Shown here piece by piece: positions 61,138-64,000 of a DNA stretch of 64,000 nt. Origin of the DNA: Fimbriosthenelais zetlandica (taxonomy: Eukaryota). A model generated the notes under the pieces. That model searched no databases. It saw nothing but the letters and a program-made list of their open reading frames with translations, and had not been told where the DNA came from. Position 1 is the first letter of the stretch. Each line of letters opens with the position of its first letter. The stretch is taken from the NCBI GenBank assembly GCA_977030845.1, contig OZ365110.1, positions 50,530,001 through 50,594,000 on the forward strand, given 5' to 3'. Position numbers and translations under genes: made by a program.

Positions 61138-64000
61138 CCTCGAGCTGCACACAGTTGCTACCCTGAGTAGCTCCCGTATACAGTGATCGATTGTCCTGGA
61201 GAGAAAAAGTCATTTTGTCCAAATGCCGCAAGGTACAGTGTTTTAAGCGGAGACTTTAAAAGCCTAGATCAACTGTACAATTTTTCACCCTGACATCCGA
61301 ACATTTTTTGTTGGCATCTGCGATCGATTTTCAGGGTAATGAATTAACATCAACATGCAAGCAACATATTATTGCGCAATTCATATTGGATTCTAACATA
61401 CATCTAACATAGGTCTATTTAAAGCATGTTTTTTTTTTTATTCATTATTGTGATATTTTGATATCAGTATCATTGTCCATACGTATAAATAGTTATTGGG
61501 TTGTATATATAATGTGACGGTATATTTCAGCAATGCCTTGAAGTGTCACCAGTTCACATCAGTTGAAATTCCTGATTTCATCACAATTGCTTCAACAGCA
61601 AGCTGCTAATTTTCTTGCAGCCAAATCAAAAGTATTGCCTGCTGGGCAATTACAAATCTTGCGTTTGTGAAGTTGCTGCGCTGAAATAGGTCCCTGCATG
61701 CCGTAGGAAACTGCACTAGCAGAGGCTTGCTACTTTCCCAGAGATTGCTATTAGGTGTTCTGAAACAGGTCCCTGGTGCCTATATGATAGTGGTCTATTT
61801 GTGATTAGACAAATTGATGCCAAAGTCAGCCACAAGGTCTATCTGCAACAGAATCTCAACACTCGCAAAGCAAAATAACACCAGTGAAATGAGCACATAA
61901 GGAATCACTAATGTGGCAGTGACACACACACTTGACCCTCGTCCCCCTATCCATCAGAAATGCCTCGCCAACAGCAGTAGCATAAAGATCAAGCATGAGG
62001 GCACAGGGCTGACTGAAAAACCAATCAGCACGACTTTTTGATCTTCAACAGTTGGGAGATATCCACATAGATCTATCACTGTCCTGGATTATTGGACCTG
62101 TCAGAATGCCTCTGATACTCTAGTTGTCCTATTGTGAAATAAAAAGGTCAACTTATCGGGCGAGGGACGTTTCAGCAGCCTCGTTTTGGTGTCAGGGAGT
62201 GAGTCAACCTAGTATTATTATTGTTTTTAGCTTGAGAACGCTTTCTTGTCAGAAATTCGGCGCTTTTCGCACACAATGTGCTGTGATTTTTGAAAGGCAG
62301 CAATGATATTTTTACAAGTATTCCATGATAGTCAGTGAGAGATATGTCTGGTCTTTAACATGCCTCTCACTATATGCAGTGGAGGACATGGCTGATTTAT
62401 TTGGTCTCTGAAGGCTTCAAATTGTATATTCTGCCACTCAGTTTGGATATAAATAATTCATATATTTTAGCCATTGAGTATGGGAAAACTACGCACATTG
62501 AAAAGACATTAAAGGTGCTTTCCTGTTACAGTGCATGTTATGGTAACTCGTTCCTCTTTTCAAATTGGGCCTCGCAGGATTCAACTTAATGATGGCTTTA
62601 TTCCTTGGTTAAAATGAATGGCTGAACAAGTCGCTCACACCTTTAGGAAGCCCCTCTAACCGATCTCAATCAGTAAAAGATGAGGATAAATTTCCACACT
62701 GAACCAAATTAGGAATAACCCTCCTCCATATATCCATTGCAGACTGCAACAAATCCCCGAAATTGATTTGATGAATTGCGAATCCATTACAAAATATGAC
62801 AGATAATGTTCCCTCTCAAGTTTGAAACCTTCATTTGCATTTTATGACTTTTCGTTTGGCAAACCTGCTGAATTCACTTCATGAATGTGTCACAAAGAAA
62901 CAGAATACAAATGGATTGGTCGGACCTCTCCAAATGCCATCAGAAAGAAAGTACATCGATCCGATGATATTTTGTTTTCACTTTGTGAAAGCTGATTTAT
63001 AAATATCACATTTACTGATGTTTTGCATCAGTAGATTAAAATGTGTGATTGTAATTTGTAAGGATTGTAATCCTTCTTTCCACAGCTGTTTTTCATAACA
63101 ATATAAGAAGTTCAGGGGTGAATTCCCATTGATTTGACATAAGGTTAAGTGTCATATAGATATTTCTTTTAGGTATGGAGACTTCCAATTAGCAACAAAA
63201 TGATTCATGAAAGGCCTTTAGTATGGTTTCCCGGAAATTAAAATGAGATTTAAAAATGAAAAAGTCAAAGGTAAAATGTCATAGATATCTATCTGTGTCG
63301 TGTTGTATGGTATAGGGGAATGTTGAAGGTCGGCTCCACTTGTAAGATCAATTATCTGTTGTGTTTTTGTGAATATTATGTGCTTAAACATGAATGAATC
63401 ATTGCTACTATAAGGACTTCCTATTGTAGGCGATCATTAGCGGGTAATTAGGTGTCATTCAACGCCAACCCCGAGGCTGAGAAGCAATGTAAAGGCTTCC
63501 CAATAAACTGGATGCAACTTGAGGCTATCCGAAATTCAGTGTCAGCCTTCAAAGACTAGATTATACAGCTTAGACTTTAAAGTCTAGGGATTAAATAATG
63601 AACCCTTACAGCAAAATTAATGCTCATTAATAATCATTAGAGACTTAAGCCCCATTTCCACTGAGATATTTTGGTGATGAACGTCAGCCTTGTTTGCCAG
63701 TTGGCCAGAAGCAATTATTTGCAGGCCTGCGCACTGTAACAATGTCTGGAAAACGACCCAATGGCTTTAGTTTACATTAACTGGCATAATAGAATCACAG
63801 TTCATATTACATTTGGGGGAGATCCACTGAGGGCATTAGGAAATGTGACAGTCCTAAATAGAGGCTATTGAAAAGTTTTTATATGTAATGTCAATAGTTT
63901 CATTAAGATAGAGGTAAGTTTCAATGCATGAGTTTACCTGAAAATATTATATATTCTGTCAAAATCAGTTTAGAAATAGTGAGTATATTGATCAGTCCTT

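Overview
Intron-rich animal genomic DNA, not prokaryotic. The double alpha-crystallin sHSPs and a MetaSINE-like element suggest a marine invertebrate, probably lophotrochozoan (inference). 2475-30563 (+) holds 38 reconstructable coding exons of a CPAMD8-type thioester protein (alpha-2-macroglobulin/C3 family). All junctions are GT-AG and phase-consistent, giving about 1,940 aa; the N-terminal exons lie upstream of the window. The protein has MG domains, three polybasic sites, a Methyltransf_FA-like insert, an intact GCGEQ thioester, a receptor-binding domain, a Kazal domain and a ~357-aa acidic, sequon-rich tail. On the - strand two tandem paralogs (38416-39603, 45755-46891), each with one coding exon, encode small heat-shock proteins with two alpha-crystallin domains, a charged helical N-terminus and a conserved RRRGS motif. 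The rest is non-coding, with several MITE-like hairpin families, a 44-bp hairpin satellite at three loci, telomere-like palindromes, tRNA-derived SINEs, a degenerate Penelope-type hammerhead motif, microsatellites and a 169-N gap. Homology calls come from my recall of family sequences, not from a database search.
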